From: Sedimentisphaerales bacterium
GTDB taxonomy: Bacteria > Planctomycetota > Phycisphaerae > Sedimentisphaerales > SM23-30
Assembly (NCBI GenBank): GCA_963666285.1
Contig: OY762711.1
Strand: one strand, 5' to 3'
Length of the DNA: 64,000 nucleotides
Under the pieces are notes generated by a model. It was not told the origin of the DNA and ran no database searches. It was given only the letters and a program-made list of their open reading frames with translations. The first letter of the stretch is position 1, and the number at the start of each line of letters is the position of its first letter. Both the position numbers and the translations under genes were made by a program. Positions 50,901 to 59,539 of the stretch are shown piece by piece.

Positions 50901-51488
50901 AACAAGGTCATATACCTGTCCATTACTTGACAAAAGCCATGCCTTTTTTGTTTCTACTATTGGGGTGCTGTTGATTTTGTTGTAAAGAGCTTTAAAGGCA
51001 GAAGTATTTTCTGCTTTTCGTTTAATGGAATTTTCGGCAGTAGTTCTAGTACCCCACTTTGATCTGACTCGGTCAATTTCAAAAGAATGTAACATCCTAC
51101 CGCAATCACATAATACCCCTTCATAAAGGTAATGAGAGTATTCATTGTCTTTACGTAAAGCATCATATTTTAATTTGGCGGCTAGAAGAAAAAAAAGTTC
51201 TCCGACACGATGTTTATCTATGCACTGGGCACGCCTGCCATCAAAGTCCTCTTCATCGTACATTATTTCATTGTATATTCGCAGAATATGAGATTCATAG
51301 CTTATGGCTATTGAATCATAAGGATTTATCTTGTTATTCTCAGCAGTATCGGGTGATACAAGCCAATCTTGATTTAAATATAAGTTTAGATGATACTCCT
51401 TAGGCTTGTAATCATCATTCATCTTCCTTTTGCTTATATATAAATCTCTCAGTATTTTGTGAAGAACATAACTCATAGCGAATCTCAT
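47964..51488 (-). CDS. NACHT/STAND NTPase with C-terminal HEAT repeats (NLR-like)
   Basis: SDTGFGKT, FLIDGLDQ, IASRP, PML, FNHQSYQEYLAA, WKEVL; repeated L.D....VR..A HEAT units. Confidence 0.85.
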   Translation of the reverse strand: MRFAMSYVLHKILRDLYISKRKMNDDYKPKEYHLNLYLNQDWLVSPDTAENNKINPYDSIAISYESHILRIYNEIMYDEEDFDGRRAQCIDKHRVGELFFLLAAKLKYDALRKDNEYSHYLYEGVLCDCGRMLHSFEIDRVRSKWGTRTTAENSIKRKAENTSAFKALYNKINSTPIVETKKAWLLSSNGQVYDLVNFTGNYSNLAAGWLCALPENVTFMDNGGNQIEGVKLRQLLDVLFGKCLFDEDELIKQYRQLGIKGKLKKILNTDLLTEKAPDDKQFVTFCNNIKYEASEHLTARLYGKEPISMVVEIGLVDDSNKSTRSWNILNIAELLNLHGKYILSSDTGFGKTIFLRDLQLNILKSDYGLIPIFLDADNIANFNLSKRNTSTFLKQVAQLFDGYLGSENVEHFLLKYRERIVFLIDGLDQIDGYGTTYVNLAEKILTTISDKIVIASRPSAVSHLEQDGQASFLRLRPFTPRLVNEYFGDDYKAAKELCINCPEMLTIPMLAYMVQTLIDKDLTQEVVNRSGLYERFINYLLDPLQYRHESLNLGIGEITDIRKAYEKISYDAIANKQHCLQNIPLKIAHQSLGIHLDRLPKLGLANLFSNTNNKSFVFNHQSYQEYLAAVYCSENGESFALVLQEKWNPKWKEVLKFITGIKGQNIIADILDEDDNAIHSKLFLAAELVPEVKYISQKVKNKIVNKLEDLLDDSLFASEAIRHLCYVDIDKAIVQLETKNEHAYDYLTLEEMVRLQGRKVVTHLQKDICGSNPVIVHFALSGFRHLKDYIDEEIISEIAALIENADGMIASSAIDTLRVLKDKINSDIAVRIISQIRNKSAYVQHSVISFLAEYKVKIGDQDNEIVTMITEMLNDKKIDQYWPMLAIAEIKEHISDKNANTLLRRHRSKKANIRCAAIKALAKMLDRYEANVADLIVNKLSDSEWSVRVEALRAIEQSNDIKKAISPKAMKSIINHLGHPDSAVRSVMIYTLGELHQYLKDNFPKAVTAILEKLDDLNKEVRSEAVDSLRIMINSSHKEIVESLIRKLEDDSSEVRCVAIKAVEELFHKDILTANDVFMTIKHMLGDPEQKVVIKTLMTMKTLDLEYDSHTISIFKSLGSSPDKRIAHLAIELLGNDSQDQIEDIARRNLLTISDRDDLYSLKRLYESGALENS

Positions 51489-51635
51489 AAATATGGCTAA
51501 AATTAATGTAGCCCTGCATTAGTTGTCCGTAAGAAAGAGACTGATTATATCTGATAACACAGGCTGTGACAAGATTTTATATGCTTGCTGGCGAAATCAA
51601 AAGGGATTTCTACGTTGATCAGCAAGAATGTATGT

Positions 51636-52091
51636 TTAATGACGTCCAGTTATGTGATATCTATGATAAATATGTTCATTCTCGGGAGCTGACAATATTG
51701 CCATAGCATCCACGTTGAACCCCATAGAAGCATAACATTTTCCCAATCTTCTATGTGACTCGAGATCTTCTAACGCCATATTCTTATAAGCTTTCTTAAA
51801 ATCATTACAGGCATCTATTAATCTACGTATATTCCTATTTTTATTGTCTCGCTTTGATTTTTCGTACAATTCTTCAGAAAACCCCAAACCAAACCCACAT
51901 TTTAACTTGTACAGATGAAAAATATCCCCTGAATGATCAAAATCTTCTGGGAGAACCAAACAATCGTGGGTTTCTATTTTATCAACAATGCCTTTGAAAT
52001 CATGTTTTGCACCATAGTAATTTTCAAACCAAAGACAGGACATGGCCTCCTCATAATTAGCTTTCATAGTTGAATATGGATAAGTTGTCAT
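51636..52091 (-). CDS. Helical/TPR-like hypothetical protein
   Basis: HRRLGKCYASMG...A; TTTATAAA 23 nt upstream, no SD. Confidence 0.55.
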   Translation of the reverse strand: MTTYPYSTMKANYEEAMSCLWFENYYGAKHDFKGIVDKIETHDCLVLPEDFDHSGDIFHLYKLKCGFGLGFSEELYEKSKRDNKNRNIRRLIDACNDFKKAYKNMALEDLESHRRLGKCYASMGFNVDAMAILSAPENEHIYHRYHITGRH

Positions 52092-52274
52092 CAGGTAGTG
52101 GGAAATTTGAGTCTTTATAAAAATTGTGTTTGAGGTGATTTTGTAATCATGCTTTCAGGGTGAAAAAACAGTTTTCACCTTCCATAATTACCTCATGAAA
52201 TCACCTTTTTACTCCTTTAAATTGAGATCTGAGCATTAGATTAGTCAATTAACCCAATTTTAAAGGAACGTAAA

Positions 52275-52715
52275 ATGAGCCAAATCGATCTTAAAAATAA
52301 CACTACAATTATCAGCAATATTTCCAAATATGTGGTCAGTGACATCATTTTCACTTGTCCTGACGGTTTTACTTTGGATTTATTTAGCTTTGATAAGCCA
52401 ATGCTCGCCAGAAGGTTCAATCCTGAACAATACATGGTGTCACTTGCTGGGTATGAACAAAAGTATGCGGGTATCCCAACCTATCAAGATATCTCATCAT
52501 GGCTGACTGAAAACTACGAACAAGCTACACGTTTTGGACAGTATGTCGGTGGCTGGTCAGACCAAGACCTTTTCTACTTTGACATTTCTATCGCAATTAG
52601 TGGTTTGGGAAATGCTTTAGAGGTAGCCAGAACCAACCAACAATTGGCTATATACCATCCTGCTACATCTGGGACGATTCATATTTCAGATCATATTTTG
52701 CAGGCAACTGCTTAA
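52275..52715 (+). CDS. Phage-like hypothetical protein, first gene of the operon
   Basis: SD AAGGA; YVGGW..FYFDIS..A..NQQLAIY. Confidence 0.65.
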   Translation: MSQIDLKNNTTIISNISKYVVSDIIFTCPDGFTLDLFSFDKPMLARRFNPEQYMVSLAGYEQKYAGIPTYQDISSWLTENYEQATRFGQYVGGWSDQDLFYFDISIAISGLGNALEVARTNQQLAIYHPATSGTIHISDHILQATA

Positions 52716-52742
52716 TCATATCCACAGAAAGGTGTCCAATTA

Positions 52743-52919
52743 ATGTCTTGGAAACAAAAAATCACTGACAGTATTCCTGACTTATTCAGGCTAATTATGG
52801 CTTTTATTTTCTGGCTGATCCTGCTGGTGTGGGTGTTGTTTATTCTCTGGCTCTCATGGAAAACAGTGCCTCAGTTAATGGACTATCTCAGCAGGACAAT
52901 ATTTTCAAAATCATGGTAA
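52743..52919 (+). CDS. Small single-TM membrane protein (58 aa, below the ORF-track cutoff)
   Basis: MSWKQKITDSIPDLFRLIMAFIFWLILLVWVLFILWLSW...; SD AAGGTG. Confidence 0.6.
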   Translation: MSWKQKITDSIPDLFRLIMAFIFWLILLVWVLFILWLSWKTVPQLMDYLSRTIFSKSW

Positions 52920-52928
52920 GGAAGGTGA

Positions 52929-53339
52929 ATGATGGAATCCCCACTTAGACGAAAAAAGAAAATCACTGTCATTCGAGACCCTAAAACAGGTGAAGATAGG
53001 GTTGTTAAATCACTCGAAGAAAAGAATGTGTTTCTGGACGGCTCACTTGATTCAACAGAAGTCGAGGTACTTGTTCCGCTCAAGTGCGGTTGTATCAATA
53101 AGGAAATAGCAGGTACCTGCTTCCAGTGCGGCAATGTTGTATGTGCCGACCATATTTACTTCTGTGCAGACCCCTGTTGCTGTCAGCCACTTTGCTCAGA
53201 ACATGTCTACTTCGTTGACTCTGAAAAAAACGGCAAACTGCCCATGTGTAAATTTCATTTTAAAGCACATAGACGCAAGACAAGCAACCGTAAAATTCGC
53301 AACTTCCTTCTGGCACCATTTTTTGAGTTTGAGGATTAA
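52929..53339 (+). CDS. Cys/His-rich zinc-finger protein
   Basis: CGC, CFQC, CADH, CCC, CSEH, CKFH. Confidence 0.7.
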   Translation: MMESPLRRKKKITVIRDPKTGEDRVVKSLEEKNVFLDGSLDSTEVEVLVPLKCGCINKEIAGTCFQCGNVVCADHIYFCADPCCCQPLCSEHVYFVDSEKNGKLPMCKFHFKAHRRKTSNRKIRNFLLAPFFEFED

Positions 53340-53341
53340 TC

Positions 53342-53557
53342 ATGAAGAAATCTTATCCATATTTGGCAGAGGAAATCGCATGGGCCAAAGAACAGGGACT
53401 ATTCAACGACACAAAAGGCAAAGCTTTAATCCGTCTTTGGGAAGAGAAGCTCGTTGATGAAACGGTTGCCGGGATGATTATGTATCGCATCCAAAAAGCT
53501 CAGCTTCGAGAACTGTTTAACGAGCATCCATTCAAAACACCGGAGGGCAAAATATGA
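53342..53557 (+). CDS. Small protein coupled to the ATPase gene
   Basis: SD GAGGA; ATGA overlap with 53554. Confidence 0.6.
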   Translation: MKKSYPYLAEEIAWAKEQGLFNDTKGKALIRLWEEKLVDETVAGMIMYRIQKAQLRELFNEHPFKTPEGKI

Positions 53558-55002
53558 TTATAGGCTATAACAACAGAAGAAAACCGGTGATAGTTGATCC
53601 TCAGATTTTAGCAGAACACATGCTTATTACTGCTGGCAGCGGTGCTGGTAAAACTAATTTGCTGATTTTTTTCATAATGCAGCTTGCTGCTGCAATCTAC
53701 GGTATGTGGATATTTGATTTCCGCAAGCGTGAATTTTCACCTATTAAATCAGCGTTAAAGCGGAAAGGCATAGATCTAATTGTCCTGTCCGGCGATCTAT
53801 TAAGATTTAATATGCTCCAACCACCTGTGGGAGTAAGCACAAATATCTGGGCGGTAATCATATCTGACTTGCTTTGCGAAGCGATGGTTTTACCCCAGCG
53901 AGCGAGCAAGCTGCTCCAAACTAGGATCATGAAACTCTACTCAGCATTTGGCGGTCATGAGCAGATGGAAAAGCAGAAGTCTTATCCCAATCTGTTTGAT
54001 TTGTCAGACTCAATCAAAAGTGATATGAAAGCCAATTATCAGGCGTCTCGAGCAGTAATCGATAATTTGGAACCCTTGCTGATTGCTCATGGTGATATTC
54101 TGGCTTGTAGGTACGGCTGGCCGGTTTCAGAATTGACTGACAAACACATTGTATTTGAACTAAACGGCCTGCTTGAAACCGCAAAAAATCTTGTATTGGG
54201 TTTTGTACTAATATCTGAATTCACTCGCAGGATTGAACTTGGTTTCAGCAATGTACCTTTAAGTCTTGTTGCAATTTGTGACGAAGCTCAAAGGCTGATT
54301 TCATCAGCCGGTTCTATTGGCGCAAATGTAATTAAGTCGCAAGTAGGGCTTATCAGGGGGACTGGACTCGGTATGCTTTTCTCAGCCCAGAGCAGCCACG
54401 ACATTATTCCCGAAATTATCTCCAATACGGCAACCAAGGTAATGGGTAGATGCGGCAGTTTTCAAGATTACAATTCTATGGGTAAGGCAATGGGACAGGA
54501 TCACAGACAAATCAAATGGTCTCAAAAAAATCTCAAAGCTGGGAAATTTGTAGCCCAGTTTGCCGGTAGTAGTTTTAGAGAGCCGTTCGTTTTTACTGTT
54601 CCTGATATGGCCAGCAGCAAAGACAAGAACCCTCAGCCAGCCGACAGCACTTCACTTGATTACCTTCAAGCTATATCAATGCAGACCGAATCTGAGGTTC
54701 AGAAAGATCAGGCCCAGGGTCAATCTCAGCACAGCGAACCTGCTCATTTATTTGAGACCCCGCAGGAATATCGACTCTGCAAGGTCATCGCTGACAGTCC
54801 AATGCAGCCAAGCAGTTCATATTACAAACTCGCCGGAATCAGTTCTAAAACCGCGATGAAAGTTCGCAAGTCGCTGGCGGCCAAAAAATATCTCAAAGAA
54901 CACTCACTGGGCACCGGCACAACCGGCAGGAGCAAGATTCTAATGGAAGCAACCGCTGCCGGTGTTGAAGCAATCAAAGCATATGAAAGGCAGGGTAATT
55001 AA
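53554..55002 (+). CDS. HerA/VirB4-like (DUF87) ATPase with C-terminal wHTH
   Basis: AGSGAGKT, AICDEAQ, RGTGLG.LFSAQ. Confidence 0.8.
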   Translation: MIIGYNNRRKPVIVDPQILAEHMLITAGSGAGKTNLLIFFIMQLAAAIYGMWIFDFRKREFSPIKSALKRKGIDLIVLSGDLLRFNMLQPPVGVSTNIWAVIISDLLCEAMVLPQRASKLLQTRIMKLYSAFGGHEQMEKQKSYPNLFDLSDSIKSDMKANYQASRAVIDNLEPLLIAHGDILACRYGWPVSELTDKHIVFELNGLLETAKNLVLGFVLISEFTRRIELGFSNVPLSLVAICDEAQRLISSAGSIGANVIKSQVGLIRGTGLGMLFSAQSSHDIIPEIISNTATKVMGRCGSFQDYNSMGKAMGQDHRQIKWSQKNLKAGKFVAQFAGSSFREPFVFTVPDMASSKDKNPQPADSTSLDYLQAISMQTESEVQKDQAQGQSQHSEPAHLFETPQEYRLCKVIADSPMQPSSSYYKLAGISSKTAMKVRKSLAAKKYLKEHSLGTGTTGRSKILMEATAAGVEAIKAYERQGN

Positions 55003-55003
55003 C

Positions 55004-55456
55004 ATGAGAGGACAATCTTTACATGATCTTTCAGCCCAAAAAACAGCTAACTTCTTGGAGTCAGACGGCTGGAAGGTCAGACTGGAATATCCAATACATA
55101 TGGCAGATGGCAGGAAAAACTATGCAGATATTGCGGCATGGAAATCAGGTAAAATGCTTCTTTGCGAAATTGAGACGAGTACACGTCACATGTTGGATAA
55201 CATATTCAAAGCCGCCGCTTTGAACCTGCCCCTTATCGTAATTTTACCCAATAGCAAAACGCTAAATGCCGCTAAACGCAAGTACAAAAGGTGGAAAAAG
55301 CCGCCCCGAAGTCCGCCAGTTATTTTTCTGCTGATTTCTCAATTATCAGCCCAGAAAACGCGTTTTTGGTTGGAAAAGCATTGTTTTTCCACCGGCGAAT
55401 ACAGAAACGGAAACACTGGAAAAAAGGAAAAATACCATGAAAACACACAAAAATAA
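55004..55456 (+). CDS. Stand-alone PD-(D/E)XK nuclease-like domain
   Basis: SLH...GWKVRLEYP...ADIAA...CEIETS; same pattern as the C-terminus of 45274..47385. Confidence 0.65.
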   Translation: MRGQSLHDLSAQKTANFLESDGWKVRLEYPIHMADGRKNYADIAAWKSGKMLLCEIETSTRHMLDNIFKAAALNLPLIVILPNSKTLNAAKRKYKRWKKPPRSPPVIFLLISQLSAQKTRFWLEKHCFSTGEYRNGNTGKKEKYHENTQK

Positions 55457-55658
55457 TCTAACACGGTTTGCTGCTGCGATTCTTTGCTGTGTTTTGGCTC
55501 TGGTCGGAATCAGTAACATCCTGGCCTTCTTCGAAGCAGTTGCAAATCCCGGAAGATCGGGAAATGAACCGGCAGAAATATTAATCGGAGGCATGCTCTT
55601 TTCGCTGATTCTTTTGGCGGTCGCAGGAGTATGCAGAATCTTTTTCGAGAGAGACTAA
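55437..55658 (+). CDS. Small two-TM membrane protein
   Basis: Two hydrophobic segments; SD AAGGA. Confidence 0.6.
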   Translation: MKTHKNNLTRFAAAILCCVLALVGISNILAFFEAVANPGRSGNEPAEILIGGMLFSLILLAVAGVCRIFFERD

Positions 55659-55684
55659 CCATCATATTAAAAGGACATTTAACA

Positions 55685-56824
55685 ATGAAATTACAAAATC
55701 TAAAAGCTTATTCCGACATTGGCGGTCGCAAAGACCAGCAGGACAATTACCTTCTCTGGCAGTCCAGAGATAAGCGGCTTAAATGCATGGCCGTTCTAGA
55801 TGGTGCTGGCGGCTGCGGTCATGGAGCCAAGGCCAGCAAGTTAGCTAAAATAATTATTGAGTCAAATCTAAAGAAACTTTCAGCTGAAATATCGCCCGAT
55901 AATCTGGCAAAGTGCCTTGCTGCAATTGCTGTCAGGGCACACAGAGCCCTGCTGGCATTTACAGAAGAATCTCCAGAAACCGAGGGCATGGCAACAACTC
56001 TTGTACTTGGCTGTATTCAGGATGATTATGCTCATATCACCTGGGTCGGTGACAGCCGGGCATATTTATACCGTCAGGATAATCTGACCTGTCTGACTTC
56101 TGATCACAGCCAAGTCAATGAGTTTGTGATTCGCAGAATGATTACTCATGAACAGGCAAGAGTAAGTTCGGAAAAGAATCGAATTACTCGAGCTATTGGC
56201 GCTTCTAATCATCAGCCCGATGGCCTTACTGTCAAGCTGGAAGATAGTGATGAGATTCTACTAGTAACAGATGGTGTCATAGACGTTCTTTCCGACACTA
56301 AAATTCAGGAAATCATGACAGATGCCAAAGATTACGACAAGGCCGAGGCGATAGTCGAATCTGCTGTCACCAGCGGCACTCGTGACAACACCACCGCCAT
56401 CTGGTATCAGCACGATTTGAAATCGACTGATCCGGTCAATAATAACTATCAGCTTCAGGCTGCCAGAGCTGCCGAGATTCCTGTTGCCCCTGCGGACACA
56501 GAGCAGTCTTACAGGATAGATGTTGTTGACAACTATGGCAATAAGCAAAGCTGTAATGTTGTAGATGAGGATGTCGTCATCGGCAGAAGTGTTCGGGCAG
56601 GAGTTTCTATACCTGGTGATCCATATCTAAACCCCAATCACCTGCGAATCCAGAAAGATGGCGATGCGTTTATCGTGTCTGACCTTGATACTCATAACGG
56701 CTGTTTTTTGAGACTGACTGGTAAACCGATGAAGCTCAAAGCTCCTTTTGAATTATTGATAGGCACTCAGCGTTTAAGTCTTTCAACCAACGAAAAAGGA
56801 GGTGAATCTGATGTTGCTCACTAA
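55685..56824 (+). CDS. PP2C/PPM protein phosphatase with C-terminal FHA domain
   Basis: DIGGRKDQQD, VLDGAGG, MATT, VGDSRAY, TSDHS, VTDGV, DNTT; FHA IGR...H...DLDTHNG. Confidence 0.92.
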   Translation: MKLQNLKAYSDIGGRKDQQDNYLLWQSRDKRLKCMAVLDGAGGCGHGAKASKLAKIIIESNLKKLSAEISPDNLAKCLAAIAVRAHRALLAFTEESPETEGMATTLVLGCIQDDYAHITWVGDSRAYLYRQDNLTCLTSDHSQVNEFVIRRMITHEQARVSSEKNRITRAIGASNHQPDGLTVKLEDSDEILLVTDGVIDVLSDTKIQEIMTDAKDYDKAEAIVESAVTSGTRDNTTAIWYQHDLKSTDPVNNNYQLQAARAAEIPVAPADTEQSYRIDVVDNYGNKQSCNVVDEDVVIGRSVRAGVSIPGDPYLNPNHLRIQKDGDAFIVSDLDTHNGCFLRLTGKPMKLKAPFELLIGTQRLSLSTNEKGGESDVAH

Positions 56825-57994
56825 TGGACATAGGGTATTAAACATTTTGAGGTTGTGAAACCACGAGGCGAAGGTGGACAGGCCTACACCTATGAAGGTA
56901 TTGACATCCGGACAAACAATAAAGTTCTGATCAAAGCCAGAAAATCGTCAAGCAACAATGCCGCTGCAATCGAAAGGTTCAAACGTGAAGGTGCAGTTTG
57001 TCTCATCGACCCTCACGTTGTAATGCCGATTGCCGGTGATGGAGATTATATCGTGTTCCCATTCATTGACGCTTTAAGCCTTGAGGAAATAATGAACGAT
57101 GGGAAGTATCTGCTCAAAAGCGATGATGCATTGATCATTATGGTAAAGATTGCTCAGGCCGCTGCCGCAATACATCAGAATAACATGATCCACCGCGACA
57201 TCAAAACGGCAAACATCCTTTACAATCCTGAGACTAAGCTGGTATATCTGATTGATTTTGGAGCCGCTAAGCATTTTGACCTGCCGACGATGACAAAATG
57301 TGACAATGTAATCGCCAGTCCATTGTTTGCTTCGCCGGAGCAGCTTAATAACCCATCAAAGGTTGATGCAAGAAGCGATATATTCTCGCTTGGCTGTACT
57401 GGTTACAAAATCCTTACTAACACCGATGCTTTTGAGGGGGCAACTATTGCTGAGATCACAACCAAGGTACTCAATGATACGCCGCTTCCTATACGTCACT
57501 TTAATCCTGGAGCCCCAGAGATTCTGGTCAGTACAATAGAACGAATGATGGCCAAGGATCCAGATGACAGGTTTTCCAGTATGGATGAAGTTATCATTCA
57601 TCTGACCGGCCAGAAATCTCAAAGCACCGACGGTTATTACTGCCTTGCATGCGGCCATAAAAGCGGCCCTGAATCATGTCCGTCATGCAGTCGCAAATTT
57701 CTGGATAAGAAGCTGGTGGTCAGGACACCTGAAAACCAAAGGCGTATCTACAGCATACCAATTGGTGATTACTGTGTTGGTCGTGAGCAGCTGGGAAATC
57801 AAATGCATGTATCCAAGAGTCATTGTAATTTTAAAGTCAGTTCAAATGGCTCTATTCGCATCTGTGACAATCACAGCACGAACAAGACATACGTAAATCG
57901 GCAGTATGTAACACAGCCGGTGGTGGTTTTACAAAGCGATGTAATCGAAATAGCAGATTTAACGGCGTTTGTCGTAAACGCAAAAGCTAACTAA
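56811..57994 (+). CDS. Hanks-type Ser/Thr kinase with Zn-ribbon and FHA domain; apparent -1 frameshift near 56840
   Basis: GEGGQ, VLIK, HRDIKTANI, DFG, SPEQ, SDIFSLG; CLAC..CPSC; VGR..VSKSH..STN.T.VN; the best SD/ATG (56811) is out of frame with the body. Confidence 0.85.
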
Positions 57995-58016
57995 CTATTT
58001 TTACAGGAGATTTATC

Positions 58017-58703
58017 ATGGAAAACAACACTAAAATTATGACCAGTCTGGCCATTAATTCGGATCAGTCCTTTGACCATCGTGGGCAAACGGTAATCGAC
58101 ACTTCGATTATAGATCGACCTTCCCAGGAACTGATTCATGCGGTTGGGCAACGCAGATGGATTTATGTGCCGGACAACTCTGGAAGTATGAATGAAATGT
58201 GCGAAAATGCATGTACGAAAATCATGGCCTTGATATATGGTTTAGTACAGAGTATCGGGGTGGCCGCAAGGCTTATGCCTGACGGAGAAATTGCTTTAAT
58301 CTCTTTCAACAGCAAAGCTACAACTGTATGTGACTTTGTGAATATTGAAGAAGGTTATTCACAGCTGATAGATGCAACACAAAGTCTTAAAGCAGGCGGC
58401 AATACAAACATCCCGCGAGCTTTGGAAGCAGCTCTTAGTCTGCTTGGAAAAGATGCAGGCCCAAACGATACGATTATCTTGATGACCGACGGTCATGGCG
58501 GCAACGGCGTCCCAGTCGCTGAAAAAATCAAAAAACTTGGTGTAACTATCAAGGTCATGGGTTTTGGCAAGAAACCATCAGATGTAAATGAAACGATGCT
58601 GAAAAAAGTTGCTTCTGTTGCAGATGGCAAGCCGCTTTATACGTTTGACACTGACAAGAGAGGCTTTACAAAAACAATGATCGAAAACACTGTTACGCAG
58701 TAA
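58017..58703 (+). CDS. von Willebrand factor A domain protein
   Basis: MIDAS DNSGSM, GGNT, MTDG, MGFG. Confidence 0.9.
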   Translation: MENNTKIMTSLAINSDQSFDHRGQTVIDTSIIDRPSQELIHAVGQRRWIYVPDNSGSMNEMCENACTKIMALIYGLVQSIGVAARLMPDGEIALISFNSKATTVCDFVNIEEGYSQLIDATQSLKAGGNTNIPRALEAALSLLGKDAGPNDTIILMTDGHGGNGVPVAEKIKKLGVTIKVMGFGKKPSDVNETMLKKVASVADGKPLYTFDTDKRGFTKTMIENTVTQ

Positions 58704-58714
58704 AGGAAAAAGCC

Positions 58715-58945
58715 ATGTCGATTTTGGAAACACTAGATATTGTGCTTAAAACTTTCTTTTGGTTGGCGATTGTTGTAGTTCTTGGATTTATCGCTTCGAG
58801 TATGTTTTTTGCAGTTCTCGAAGGGTTAAAAACATTTCGTGAAGAACTCCGGAAATTCAAGGACAGCAGCGGCACTCAAAACCAAATATCACATAACCCA
58901 AACAATAATTCTGATGGTTATGGAAATCAAACAGTAGAAGATTAA
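58715..58945 (+). CDS. Small single-TM protein
   Basis: SD AAGGA; one hydrophobic segment. Confidence 0.6.
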   Translation: MSILETLDIVLKTFFWLAIVVVLGFIASSMFFAVLEGLKTFREELRKFKDSSGTQNQISHNPNNNSDGYGNQTVED

Positions 58946-58965
58946 CTCGTAAATAATAACCTAAA

Positions 58966-58995
58966 GCCGGACACTTCAGATGTGAGGTGTCCGGC
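58966..58995 (+). terminator. Stem-loop after the kinase operon
   Basis: gccggacacttca...tgaggtgtccggc; no clear U-tract. Confidence 0.55.
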
Positions 58996-59015
58996 ATATC
59001 TGAAAGGAATTTATT

Positions 59016-59336
59016 ATGGCTGTAATTACTTCATTTGTCATTTTCTTAATGGTTGTATATTTCGTATTAAAATCAACAGGGCTGAATCTTGACTACAATA
59101 AGATGGCATATATGGGCCTTTTGATAGTTGTCATCAGCCTTTTGGGATTAATACAACCTGATCTGCTGAAAAAATCTTTTACATTGCTGGATGTCGCAAG
59201 CGTCATTTTTATATGTACAGCTCTAACAATTGCTGTAAGCAATATTATCAGTCTCACCGACAACATAGTTAGGTGGCTTAAAAACAGGTCAATTGCTCGC
59301 AATTCCCAGAGAACAACTGATGTCAATAGTAAATAA
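59016..59336 (+). CDS. Three-TM membrane protein
   Basis: SD AAGGA; three hydrophobic segments. Confidence 0.6.
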   Translation: MAVITSFVIFLMVVYFVLKSTGLNLDYNKMAYMGLLIVVISLLGLIQPDLLKKSFTLLDVASVIFICTALTIAVSNIISLTDNIVRWLKNRSIARNSQRTTDVNSK

Positions 59337-59535
59337 GCTAGCAGAAGTCGGCAACATTGACCAGCGTCTTGATGAACTTGCCATGCTGTTTGGAACGGCC
59401 ATATTACGGCTCCACCAGCGGCAAGCTTTACTTCCTGATAATAGTGTAATATTTCATCAGAATCGACTTGCTATCTCCTGCGATTCAGTGATGAATGTGA
59501 CACAACAGTTAACTCATCAACCTAAACAGGAGTAA
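59320..59535 (+). CDS. Small protein of the kind found before DUF2924/recombinase modules
   Basis: RLDELAMLFGTAILRL motif and position. Confidence 0.5.
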   Translation: MSIVNKLAEVGNIDQRLDELAMLFGTAILRLHQRQALLPDNSVIFHQNRLAISCDSVMNVTQQLTHQPKQE

Positions 59536-59539
59536 ATGA

